DNA from: a virus
Lineage: Duplodnaviria > Caudoviricetes
Reading direction: 5' to 3' (one strand)
Length of the DNA: 32,032 nt
IMG/VR virus record: IMGVR_UViG_3300017913_002713
Location: 1 to 32,032 of that record
Below the pieces are notes generated by a model. It was not told the origin of the DNA. It was given only the letters and a program-made list of their open reading frames with translations, and ran no database searches. This document shows, one piece after another, positions 24,140-32,032 of the stretch (position 1 is its first letter; each line of letters begins with the position of its first letter). The position numbers and the translations under genes were made by a program.

Positions 24140-26860
24140 TTACCCAAAGTTAAATAAATCATCAAATGTGTTGTTAGTAATAGTTGATGATCTGAGATCC
24201 CATTTCAATACACCCAATAAGTTCTCGATTTTCTCGTCAACTAATGTTCGCTCCATAGCCTCATCATCAAATGGCAACTCTTTGAACCAGTCTGGTAATC
24301 GTAGTTGATCAGTCGGATATGCCACCGATGTATAGTTCAAGGCATTCGACTTCAACTTACATACGACAATCTTCATACCATCTACAATCGCTTCACTGTA
24401 GTTGTCACCATTCATTCTTCTGAGATAGTTGTAGTTCAATGCCGCTCTCACATGACCAGGCATATTCGCTCTACCTTTCTTACTATTCTTTTCTAGGTCA
24501 TTGTAATAAGTAAGTTTGTTCACTGACTTGGGAGAACCTTTTGTCCAGCTTTCTTGTTCAGATAGTTGAATCTTAAACTCCTTGATTCTTTCAATGACTT
24601 CTTCACGACCCAGACCTTTTTGAATGACCATACCTAATACTTCCATGAGAAACTCTTGAATATATTTTGGAGTATCAGCCCTCTTCAAGTCAAGTCCCAT
24701 TGCCTTGATCTTACCTAACTTACCATCCTTATCTTGACGATTACCTTCCAAGTCAATAATGTTGATGGCATATCGCTTTTTCGTAATGTAAATAGATCGA
24801 TCACCTACAAGTTCTAGACCCGCTTTGATAATCTCACCTTTCTTACGAGGACAATGGAAAGCCTGTTCCATGTATCCAGCGAATGTGTCATTGACCTGTT
24901 CGCCAATACTATTGTACAGATCAATACATAGTTCTTTAGACCATTCCAAATCACCATTATCAACTTGTTCCTTGACAATAGGCCATGCCGAGAAATACGC
25001 TGAGTCTGTGTCGCCATAAACGATTGATCGCCCAGTGTGAGTGTATTCATTATCAATAACATTATTGATTTCGGACATCATATGTCGTGTAATACATCGA
25101 CCAGTCAAGGTTGTTGATTGACCAATACGCTTATCAAAGAATCGACAATGCTCATTCAGAAGTGCTCCATATGCTGAGTTCAACAGAATCTTACGGACTA
25201 ACTGTCGCTTGTCGTAGTATTCATACATATCAGTTCCATATGCCTCACGAGCCTCTTTCTGAATAGATTTTCGTTCTGAATACCAGCGTGACAATAGACC
25301 TGGAATAATACCTTCTTGTTCATAAGTAAAGATTGTACCATTCGCTGACAAGATATATGGATTATGTTTATCAAAGATCATTGTCCATATTTCTGCCGCT
25401 GACATTTCTTCACTACGACCATCTTCATAATCTACCGTCAACAATGTTCCACGCTCTTGATTCATTACGGCTTCATACTCAAGAGAACCGAACATGTTTT
25501 CCCACAAGATAGCACCAAAGACACCATTATCTTTTTCTTTACCTCGTGTTTTTTTAGCGCCAAGATCTAAACTCTTTTTCTTGAGATGTTGTTCTGTCAG
25601 AGTTTGTCTTATTTGGCCCACGATAGTTTCTGGAGCCATATTCAAAGCACGTATGGTTGAAGGATACAGTGAGTTAATATCAACCGCTCCTATCCATTCA
25701 TGTATTCCTTTTTTAGGAACTGCCACATACGCTCCCGCCGCCGCTTTTTGCACATCCGCTTCGCCAACATCCTTTTTATTTTTATCAGGAACGACCACAC
25801 CTCGTTCATGGGCTTCATTGTAGATAGCCATTTCAATCATGGCTACCGAACCCATGGCTGTTGGCAACAGGACTGTATTTTCGTGTGCTAGAGCATTAGC
25901 AAGATCCAAAAACTTTAGTTTATCGTGGATTTTGTAAACAAGATATGTATCTTGTCTGTTGTACTCAATGAACTTTTTGAAGTCACGATTGTAAAGTTGA
26001 TCAAGTGTACCTTCATACGCTGTCTTACGTTCATCTAACTCATATTCACCAATAGCATCCAGTGAATAACTGTGTCTAGACTCATAGTTGTATTTCTTGT
26101 ACAACTGAAGATAGTCCATATGAATACGACCAACAAGATCAAATGTTTCTTCTTCTTTGCCAAATCTTTCGTAGACTCGTTTCTTTGGCATTTGATTCAT
26201 CAAACAGAATCGCCGAGTATCATCTTTAGACATCACACGAGTGACACGATTCACCATATACGGAATATCGAATCCCTCACTGTTCCATCCTGTAAGAATA
26301 TCAGCGTCTTCTATCAAATCAAAGAATGTTTCAAACATTTCTATTTCATCTCTGAATAAGAAAGTATTTGGAAACTCAGATACAAGTTCTTTTGCTGTTT
26401 CATCACTCATATGTTTCGGTGGGATAGCCAAACAAACTAGTTGATCTAGCCAATCCAAATAAACAGCGATTGCTGTCACCATATTGAATGGATCAGATGG
26501 TGGAGCGAATCCTTTATCTGGGTGGAAGTCCACCTCAATATCAAAGAAACATGTATGAAGTTTTGGGGGTTCAGCCCCAAGATAGTTATCAGATAGACAT
26601 CTAAAGACTGGATTGATATCAGATTCAAATACCTTTTTACGGCCTTGAATCCTTCTTTCCTTTTCAAACTCTGAACGCTTTCTTGTTGAGAATCGTGATA
26701 CCGGATCACCAAACATCGATCGGTGTTTACCTTTTGGATCCTCATAATACAAAACATAGTTTGTCGGGAACTCCTTGTAGGCTCTGTTGCCATCAGAAGT
26801 TCGCTCAACAACTAATATTCTATCAGAATCTTTGTCTAGAATAGCGTCTACATAACTCAT
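24140..26860 (-). CDS. Family B DNA polymerase with 3'-5' exonuclease
   Basis: FDIE, WNSEGFD, YNRQD, DINSLYPS, KILLNSAYG, YGDTDS. Confidence 0.97.
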   Translation of the reverse strand: MSYVDAILDKDSDRILVVERTSDGNRAYKEFPTNYVLYYEDPKGKHRSMFGDPVSRFSTRKRSEFEKERRIQGRKKVFESDINPVFRCLSDNYLGAEPPKLHTCFFDIEVDFHPDKGFAPPSDPFNMVTAIAVYLDWLDQLVCLAIPPKHMSDETAKELVSEFPNTFLFRDEIEMFETFFDLIEDADILTGWNSEGFDIPYMVNRVTRVMSKDDTRRFCLMNQMPKKRVYERFGKEEETFDLVGRIHMDYLQLYKKYNYESRHSYSLDAIGEYELDERKTAYEGTLDQLYNRDFKKFIEYNRQDTYLVYKIHDKLKFLDLANALAHENTVLLPTAMGSVAMIEMAIYNEAHERGVVVPDKNKKDVGEADVQKAAAGAYVAVPKKGIHEWIGAVDINSLYPSTIRALNMAPETIVGQIRQTLTEQHLKKKSLDLGAKKTRGKEKDNGVFGAILWENMFGSLEYEAVMNQERGTLLTVDYEDGRSEEMSAAEIWTMIFDKHNPYILSANGTIFTYEQEGIIPGLLSRWYSERKSIQKEAREAYGTDMYEYYDKRQLVRKILLNSAYGALLNEHCRFFDKRIGQSTTLTGRCITRHMMSEINNVIDNEYTHTGRSIVYGDTDSAYFSAWPIVKEQVDNGDLEWSKELCIDLYNSIGEQVNDTFAGYMEQAFHCPRKKGEIIKAGLELVGDRSIYITKKRYAINIIDLEGNRQDKDGKLGKIKAMGLDLKRADTPKYIQEFLMEVLGMVIQKGLGREEVIERIKEFKIQLSEQESWTKGSPKSVNKLTYYNDLEKNSKKGRANMPGHVRAALNYNYLRRMNGDNYSEAIVDGMKIVVCKLKSNALNYTSVAYPTDQLRLPDWFKELPFDDEAMERTLVDEKIENLLGVLKWDLRSSTITNNTFDDLFNFG

Positions 26861-27114
26861 AGAGTTCGACCAACAGTCTCCAAAATAGTGTTTAGGTCTT
26901 CGTTCTGTTGATTCTCATCAGTCAATCCAGACTTGAATGCCAATCGAACAGCCTTTTTCAATACGGACGGTTTGATATCGAGTTCTTCGGCAACCGCCTT
27001 GATCGTATCATTCAATCCTTCATTTAGGGTTTGTACTTCAGTCATTACTTGAATGCCTTCGTTGACCAACTGTGTAAGTTTGATCTTGGCATCACCATCA
27101 AAAGATACAGACAT
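26857..27114 (-). CDS. T4 DsbA-like dsDNA-binding protein
   Basis: Helical 85 aa, L.D.IK.VAEEL.IKP..L.K; start moved to ATG 27114 (AGGAG upstream). Confidence 0.6.
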   Translation of the reverse strand: MSVSFDGDAKIKLTQLVNEGIQVMTEVQTLNEGLNDTIKAVAEELDIKPSVLKKAVRLAFKSGLTDENQQNEDLNTILETVGRTL

Positions 27115-27143
27115 ATTTTTCTCCTTTTTCAATGTCGTTGTGT

Positions 27144-27172
27144 ATTATACGACATTCTGAGAATAATGTCAA
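27144..27172 (-). promoter_or_regulatory. Consensus sigma70 promoter for the dsbA-like/polB unit
   Basis: TTGACA 27172-27167, 17 bp, TATAAT 27149-27144. Confidence 0.85.
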
Positions 27173-27174
27173 GG

Positions 27175-27750
27175 TTATTGAATGCAATTTGGGTTATTAT
27201 CTTTCCAAATTTTTATGTATTTACCAGCCAACATTTCTGCCATCGTCTCTATCGGAGCACCAGGATAAGATTGACCACTACCATTCGGATCAATCATTCC
27301 TATCTCGTTTTGACGAACATGGACTAGTTCATGAAATATACTTCTGAAAATATCAATAAGATTACGGTTCTTACAGTAAACCCATACCTTACCTTCTGAT
27401 GGCCAAAAACATCCTGTTGCCTTTCCATCGTGGGCTTCATCAGTATCCATGCTGAGTTCTATTTCTGGTAGTTGTTTGATATGAAGCCTGTCACCCGCCC
27501 ATTGAGCGAACTTCATTATTTCACTGGCAGTTTCTGGATCAATCTGTTCATCTAACTTATTTTGATGATAACGATCTGGAACATGTTTATCAGTGAAAAT
27601 ATCTTTCAGGGCACGATGATGTATCTTGTGTTTTTGGGATACATCCCTAACAAGTTTATCTATTGTGTTTAGCCTATGTTTTTTGAGAGAAGGTAGTCTT
27701 CTCTCAAATTCATTCAAAGCGGCTTGTAAGATAATATCATCAGATTTCAT
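27175..27750 (-). CDS. HExxH zinc-metallopeptidase-like protein
   Basis: FHELVHVRQ plus downstream E..A. Confidence 0.65.
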   Translation of the reverse strand: MKSDDIILQAALNEFERRLPSLKKHRLNTIDKLVRDVSQKHKIHHRALKDIFTDKHVPDRYHQNKLDEQIDPETASEIMKFAQWAGDRLHIKQLPEIELSMDTDEAHDGKATGCFWPSEGKVWVYCKNRNLIDIFRSIFHELVHVRQNEIGMIDPNGSGQSYPGAPIETMAEMLAGKYIKIWKDNNPNCIQ

Positions 27751-27765
27751 ATTACTATTTATCGT

Positions 27766-28323
27766 TTATGATGACCAATATTTGCCTAATCTCGTAGAAA
27801 TAACATTCCAGTTAATAATCTTCCATAGTTCTTTTAGATACTTTTTCTTATCTGAACCATAGTCTAATACCCATGCGTGTTCCCACCAATCAACTAATAA
27901 CAATATGTCACTTCGCACTTCATGATTTTTGATTGTTTTGATCTTACCATCTGTAGCGAGATACGCCCAGCCTGATCCCTGAATCTTCATCGCTGTTTCT
28001 TCAAACTCTTTTTGAAAATCATCATAGTTGCCATAGTTTTTATTGATGAAAGAGAGAATGGGTCCATTTGGTGTATTGTTGTTTCTTACCTCTCGAAACT
28101 GTGGGAACCAAAGATTATGTAAGAATGCACCAGCGTAGTTGAACTCTGGATCACCTTCACCCTTGTTATACCGAGTGGCGTATCCCTTTGCCAACTTGTT
28201 GTAATGCATATCTAAAGTAGCTTCACCCATAACTGATTTTACATCTTTGGGAGTGAAGTTAAGGGGGATGATTTCAATATCTTCTTTGGCTTTACTTTCT
28301 AGTAGGGTTATTAGATCTCTCAT
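27766..28323 (-). CDS. sod: Fe/Mn superoxide dismutase
   Basis: HYNKL, LHNLWF, GSGWAYL, DWWEHA; four metal ligands present. Confidence 0.9.
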   Translation of the reverse strand: MRDLITLLESKAKEDIEIIPLNFTPKDVKSVMGEATLDMHYNKLAKGYATRYNKGEGDPEFNYAGAFLHNLWFPQFREVRNNNTPNGPILSFINKNYGNYDDFQKEFEETAMKIQGSGWAYLATDGKIKTIKNHEVRSDILLLVDWWEHAWVLDYGSDKKKYLKELWKIINWNVISTRLGKYWSS

Positions 28324-28336
28324 GAAGAGTATTTAT

Positions 28337-28555
28337 CTAATTTCGTCTGACAACACGACCTTTCTCTAGGTCATATGGACTCATTTCTACTTCTACCCTA
28401 TCGCCTTGTAGGATTCTTATTTCGTGTTTTCTCATTCTACCTGATACATAGGCAGTAATGATATGTTCAGTGCCATCTAACTTGACCTTGAACATGGCGC
28501 TAGGTAATACATCAATTACCTCGCCTTCCACTTTTAACATTTCATTTTTGCTCAT
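28337..28555 (-). CDS. infA: Translation initiation factor IF-1
   Basis: EG.V..VLP..MFKV.L, SGRMR...IRIL.GD.V.VE.SPYDL.KG. Start moved to ATG 28555 (72 aa). Confidence 0.95.
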   Translation of the reverse strand: MSKNEMLKVEGEVIDVLPSAMFKVKLDGTEHIITAYVSGRMRKHEIRILQGDRVEVEMSPYDLEKGRVVRRN

Positions 28556-28556
28556 A

Positions 28557-28919
28557 TTATTTTTTAAGTAGTTTCCAGAGTTCTTGTTTTTCAAGTAACT
28601 CTTCCTCTAACTTTCTGTATTTCTCTCCTAGTTCTTTAAGTTCATCCCATTCGTCTTCTAACGCTTTATTGGGTTGTAGGATATTTAGTCTTTTTTCTAT
28701 TTCCGTGAGTCTTTTTTCTATTTCAGTTTCATGTTTCTTGTCAAGTTCATCTAACCAATCAAATGTAAAAGGTTCATTAGTCGAAGAAACATAAAGACTA
28801 TCACCAACTGTTATCGATGGAACAGTATCATCACCAGATATTATTGATAAGTTTTCGTCATCTTCGCCTGTAGTCCACAAATCTGAAAAATCTAGTTTTA
28901 TTTCGTCATCTGAATTCAT
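28557..28919 (-). CDS. Acidic coiled-coil hypothetical protein
   Basis: 120 aa ORF that fits the gene tiling. Confidence 0.7.
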   Translation of the reverse strand: MNSDDEIKLDFSDLWTTGEDDENLSIISGDDTVPSITVGDSLYVSSTNEPFTFDWLDELDKKHETEIEKRLTEIEKRLNILQPNKALEDEWDELKELGEKYRKLEEELLEKQELWKLLKK

Positions 28920-29113
28920 AATTTTCTCAAAAATAATTGTCCGTTTTCATCAAGGGCGATATCTAAATCATCGCCCTCTTTCCATCCTAATTTTTTCAAA
29001 AGGGGTTCAGGTAACGGAACAATGATATCTTCTGAATCATCGTCCGTTACCTGGGTGATTACCTCATAACTAATCTTTGCATCACCTGGTTTCGTTTTTT
29101 TCGCTTCTGACAT
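28916..29113 (-). CDS. AbrB/MazE-like DNA-binding protein
   Basis: IVPLPEPLLKKLGWKEGDDL. Confidence 0.75.
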   Translation of the reverse strand: MSEAKKTKPGDAKISYEVITQVTDDDSEDIIVPLPEPLLKKLGWKEGDDLDIALDENGQLFLRKL

Positions 29114-29124
29114 AATCTTATTTA

Positions 29125-29556
29125 TTACACTTCATCTATTGACAAATGTTTTGAAACAGTAACACCACTATTTCTTAGAAATATCAATCCTTCATCAGAT
29201 CGATAATCATCACGATAATGATAATGAGAAATCCCTGATTGATAAATCGCCTTGGCACAGTTGATACATGGAGCGTGTGTGACAAATATTGTCGCTCCTT
29301 CTGTACTCTCAGTACTTTTACATACCTTCATCAAGGCATTCATTTCAGCGTGTAATACTTCTGGCTTCGTAACTAATCCGTCTTCTGTTTCTGTCTCACA
29401 GTTATTTTCCCAACCACTGGGCATACCATTGTATCCAGCGGCAAGTATCTTGTGATCTTTGACAATAACAGCGCCTACTTGTAATCGTTTGGCATAGCTT
29501 AATGTAGAGGTTAGTTCTGCCATCTTCATGTAATAATCTACGAACTTAGGCTTCAT
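29125..29556 (-). CDS. dCMP deaminase
   Basis: VGAVIV, GYNG, HAEMNA, PCINC. Start is 29556 or 29568. Confidence 0.92.
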   Translation of the reverse strand: MKPKFVDYYMKMAELTSTLSYAKRLQVGAVIVKDHKILAAGYNGMPSGWENNCETETEDGLVTKPEVLHAEMNALMKVCKSTESTEGATIFVTHAPCINCAKAIYQSGISHYHYRDDYRSDEGLIFLRNSGVTVSKHLSIDEV

Positions 29557-29558
29557 TT

Positions 29559-30185
29559 TCAATCCCATAAATTTTCATAGTACTTTCCAAACAATCTGAA
29601 TCCATTGCTCATACGTTTTTGGTGTGCCTTTCGACCTTCATCATCTGGATTCTTGTGATAACCTCCACATGATTTAGTCGAATCTTCTACCCATTCACCA
29701 TAATATTGTTGTTCCCAGTTTTCTTCTACCTTCGAAGAAAAAGCAAAGATCATTTCATCAAGAATCCAATCCCAACGATCAAAAAACTTTTCATCAGTCT
29801 CTCCGTTTGTCCAAAATGCTTTGTTTTCAGGATCGTTTATTCTCAAATTTTCTGGTACATCAGTCATATCGACGTTTGGTGCGCCGTGTTTGGTTTCCTT
29901 GAGTTGTATTAGACATGGTAATATAATGTCGGCAAGAGTATGATCAAGACTCCATGTATCCCATCGATCAATACGAATAGTTTTTTTCTGAGTTACTCGT
30001 CGGTCGAAATACAGTTTGTTGAAAATGTTGTAGAAGTTCTGAATGCTTTCATCCAGTTTCTCAACGAAGTTTTCGAAACGTGTCTGTGTCTCTGGCCATT
30101 TGAAATCATACTTGCGATTCATGTAGTTATTATAGATATTGCAAGTCAGTCTATTTCTGTACGGTCCTATATTAACTTTCATCAC
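29559..30185 (-). CDS. Conserved-looking phage hypothetical protein
   Basis: D.W.LD.TLA..I.P.L, W..ILD.MI.AF, G..LF.KY...LWD. Confidence 0.75.
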   Translation of the reverse strand: MMKVNIGPYRNRLTCNIYNNYMNRKYDFKWPETQTRFENFVEKLDESIQNFYNIFNKLYFDRRVTQKKTIRIDRWDTWSLDHTLADIILPCLIQLKETKHGAPNVDMTDVPENLRINDPENKAFWTNGETDEKFFDRWDWILDEMIFAFSSKVEENWEQQYYGEWVEDSTKSCGGYHKNPDDEGRKAHQKRMSNGFRLFGKYYENLWD

Positions 30186-30451
30186 TCACCTTCATCAAAA
30201 CTTGTAATCTTTTTACCTCGTTGATGATACTCTTTGCAAACCGCTTCAAATGTGTTCCACATCTTATCAAACTTTAACTCATACAGTTCTTGTATGGCAA
30301 AGTATTTATTGGCCATCTCATCCCATGTCTCGCCTTTGATGTCAGCAAACTTAGGATCATCCAAGAAGTGTTTAGTAACCATCTCAATGTCATTGGTTAC
30401 ATTCCAACATTCTAACATTTGTTGTTCTAAATCAAAAATATCATTGCTCAT
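30182..30451 (-). CDS. Hypothetical protein
   Basis: 89 aa, ATGA coupling. Confidence 0.7.
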   Translation of the reverse strand: MSNDIFDLEQQMLECWNVTNDIEMVTKHFLDDPKFADIKGETWDEMANKYFAIQELYELKFDKMWNTFEAVCKEYHQRGKKITSFDEGE

Positions 30452-30687
30452 AGTATCTCCTTCAAACTATCGATACGAAATGATCGCCATTCTTTGATGT
30501 TCAAATCAAAGACAGACAATACTTCTTCATTCACTTTACGTTCACCTGTTCCTTTTGGACGTTTTTCTTCAGGTATCATACCCTCATCCAATGTACAAGT
30601 CATTTCTCGTAAAGTGCCATCTTTCTTTTCAAAAGTTACATTCAAAACTTTTGATGACAGCGTTTCGATTAGTTGTTCTCTATTCAT
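30448..30687 (-). CDS. WYL/SH3-like small protein (DUF2693-like)
   Basis: VTF.KKDGT.R.M.CTL and VFD.....WRSFR. Confidence 0.75.
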   Translation of the reverse strand: MNREQLIETLSSKVLNVTFEKKDGTLREMTCTLDEGMIPEEKRPKGTGERKVNEEVLSVFDLNIKEWRSFRIDSLKEIL

Positions 30688-31046
30688 TTCTGTACCTCCG
30701 GTAGAATGTCGCCAGCAAAAAATACATATTGTTTATCACCCAATCTAGCGTCAATTGGATAATCGTGGCCAATCATTTTATATGCTAATTCAGCTATAGT
30801 CTCGCCCTGTGCTAAAAATACATTATCTTCGGAATAGAGATAATACATATCACCTTCCTGTTCAATAGTATGTATTGGAGAGACATAGGATTCTCTTCCT
30901 TCTTCGAGGATCTCTAGATCTATTCCCTGTTCTTTTAGCGAATTTACGATTACGTTACGTGCGCCGAGAACACCTAGATAAAATCCACCCACTAATCCAA
31001 TAACAATACCAAACAGTATTAGACCTAAAACAGTTAAAGTACTCAT
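30684..31046 (-). CDS. N-terminally anchored membrane protein
   Basis: Gly-rich TM segment, AGGAG SD. Confidence 0.7.
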   Translation of the reverse strand: MSTLTVLGLILFGIVIGLVGGFYLGVLGARNVIVNSLKEQGIDLEILEEGRESYVSPIHTIEQEGDMYYLYSEDNVFLAQGETIAELAYKMIGHDYPIDARLGDKQYVFFAGDILPEVQK

Positions 31047-31078
31047 TCTTACTCCTAGTTGATTTGATGTTTCCCTAT

Positions 31079-31106
31079 ATTATACAGATATTTACAGAAA
31101 AGTCAA
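31079..31106 (-). promoter_or_regulatory. sigma70-type promoter
   Basis: TTGACT 31106-31101, 16 bp, TATAAT 31084-31079; spacer nearly identical to that at 3487-3502. Confidence 0.75.
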
Positions 31107-31546
31107 GAGTTATTTTTTACCGTACTCATATCAGCGAGATATTCTTCATGTTGAACCCATTCTCCATTACGAATGAATCCCCACTCTCTCAACTTAGGTC
31201 CCACTGCAAATAAAGTCCATACATCAACGCTAGGCTCCAACTCAATGCGATGAAGGCTCCTACTGCCACGAAAACGGAAACTAAACCGTCCTCTCCAGAC
31301 TCGCTCACCAGATTCGATATGCTCCCAATAGCCACCTTTAATGATAAAAGTGAGATAAGGCCAAGGGTGATCATGTAGATCATCTAAATCTCCTTTATGA
31401 AAGTTGTGCAAAAAGATATTGAAGGGAAATCGTTTTCGATCCTTCAAAAATAGATAATAACGAGTAAGGTATGGTTCATTGTAGTGGCGATCCATCACCA
31501 CTCTTTTTCGACCCATTCGATCTAAAAGTTTCAAAAATTTATTCAT
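31103..31546 (-). CDS. Cupin-fold protein
   Basis: LHDHPW, GGY.E, HRIEL, WTLF, WGF. Confidence 0.7.
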   Translation of the reverse strand: MNKFLKLLDRMGRKRVVMDRHYNEPYLTRYYLFLKDRKRFPFNIFLHNFHKGDLDDLHDHPWPYLTFIIKGGYWEHIESGERVWRGRFSFRFRGSRSLHRIELEPSVDVWTLFAVGPKLREWGFIRNGEWVQHEEYLADMSTVKNNS

Positions 31547-31566
31547 ACCTCACTCCTAGAATTATG

Positions 31567-31582
31567 GCGGGGTTTCCCCCGC
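31567..31582. terminator. GC-rich hairpin (GAAA loop on the minus strand)
   Basis: GCGGGG-TTTC-CCCCGC just after the HTH gene stop. Confidence 0.6.
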
Positions 31583-31586
31583 TTTA

Positions 31587-31838
31587 TTATGCTTCGTTAG
31601 CCAAAGCACGATAGCCAGCGGCTACTACACGGCGAGTTGGGGTGCCCAACCGATAACTCGTGTAGGTACCATTCTCACCACGGCGCTGGTTTGCATAGAT
31701 GGCATAACCTTCCATACGGAGATCACTTACTGTCGCTGATGGATTAGCGATCCCATAACGAGCGGTGATCTGTGCAGGGGTGAGGTTTACACCACGTTGA
31801 AAGGCTTCTAGAAGCCGAGTTTTTTTAGAAACGTTCAT
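31587..31838 (-). CDS. Winged-HTH DNA-binding protein
   Basis: LTPAQI..RYGI.NP.ATVSDLR..GY.I, YRLG. Confidence 0.75.
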   Translation of the reverse strand: MNVSKKTRLLEAFQRGVNLTPAQITARYGIANPSATVSDLRMEGYAIYANQRRGENGTYTSYRLGTPTRRVVAAGYRALANEA

Positions 31839-31894
31839 AATTTCTCCTTTTTTCTGAACATTTGATTCGACGGTATTGTCGAACCATGCCGACT

Positions 31895-31950
31895 ATTATA
31901 CACGATATGTGAATAACAGTCAAACATTTTGGGTAAATTTGGGTAAATTT
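31895..31950 (-). promoter_or_regulatory. sigma70 promoter with tandem upstream boxes
   Basis: TTGACT 31923-31918, 17 bp, TATAAT 31900-31895; GGGTAAATTT twice at 31931-31950. Confidence 0.8.
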
Positions 31951-32032
31951 TTAGTCGTCTTCGCCTTTTATTTCCCACCAAACAATCAAAATACCGATTG
32001 CCATGATTCCTAATATCGAATATCCAATAACA
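31951..32032 (-). CDS. Membrane protein, C-terminal part only
   Basis: VIGYSILGIMAIGILIVWWEIKGEDD-stop. Confidence 0.5.
   Translation of the reverse strand, partial: VIGYSILGIMAIGILIVWWEIKGEDD

Noticed and set aside
1-32032. Stop-codon reassignment, tRNAs, introns or inteins
   Set aside because: TAA, TAG and TGA all end full-length genes; polymerase, ligase and ClpX look uninterrupted; no cloverleaf seen in the short intergenic gaps (tRNAscan not run).

Overview
This window is a gene-dense, AT-rich segment of a large T4-like/jumbo dsDNA phage genome, read in the standard genetic code. Almost all genes lie on the minus strand, and the host is probably proteobacterial (inference from consensus sigma70 promoters, ClpS, PsiE and IbpA-type Hsp20). 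Core content: family B DNA polymerase, probable sliding clamp, DsbA-like protein, ATP-dependent ligase, 5'-3' exonuclease, a proteostasis cluster (ClpP, ClpS, Hsp20, GroES, ClpX), nucleotide and sugar enzymes (GuaC, dCMP deaminase, QueD-like, GalE-like, cytidylyltransferase), SOD and IF-1. The first 3.5 kb is an accessory DNA-modification island built from repeated promoter cassettes. It holds a beta-class methyltransferase convergent with a PvuII-like nuclease, and an ABC ATPase joined to a GNAT acyltransferase by what looks like a programmed -1 frameshift (G GGA AAG plus a downstream stem). Other notable signals: five dispersed promoter/SD-hairpin cassettes with phased palindromes, five apparently leaderless late genes (ATAA[A/G]TA-N5-6-ATG), a ROSE-like thermometer before hsp20, and C-terminal clamp-binding-like motifs on the modification enzymes. 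All family calls come from motif recognition by eye; no searches were run.
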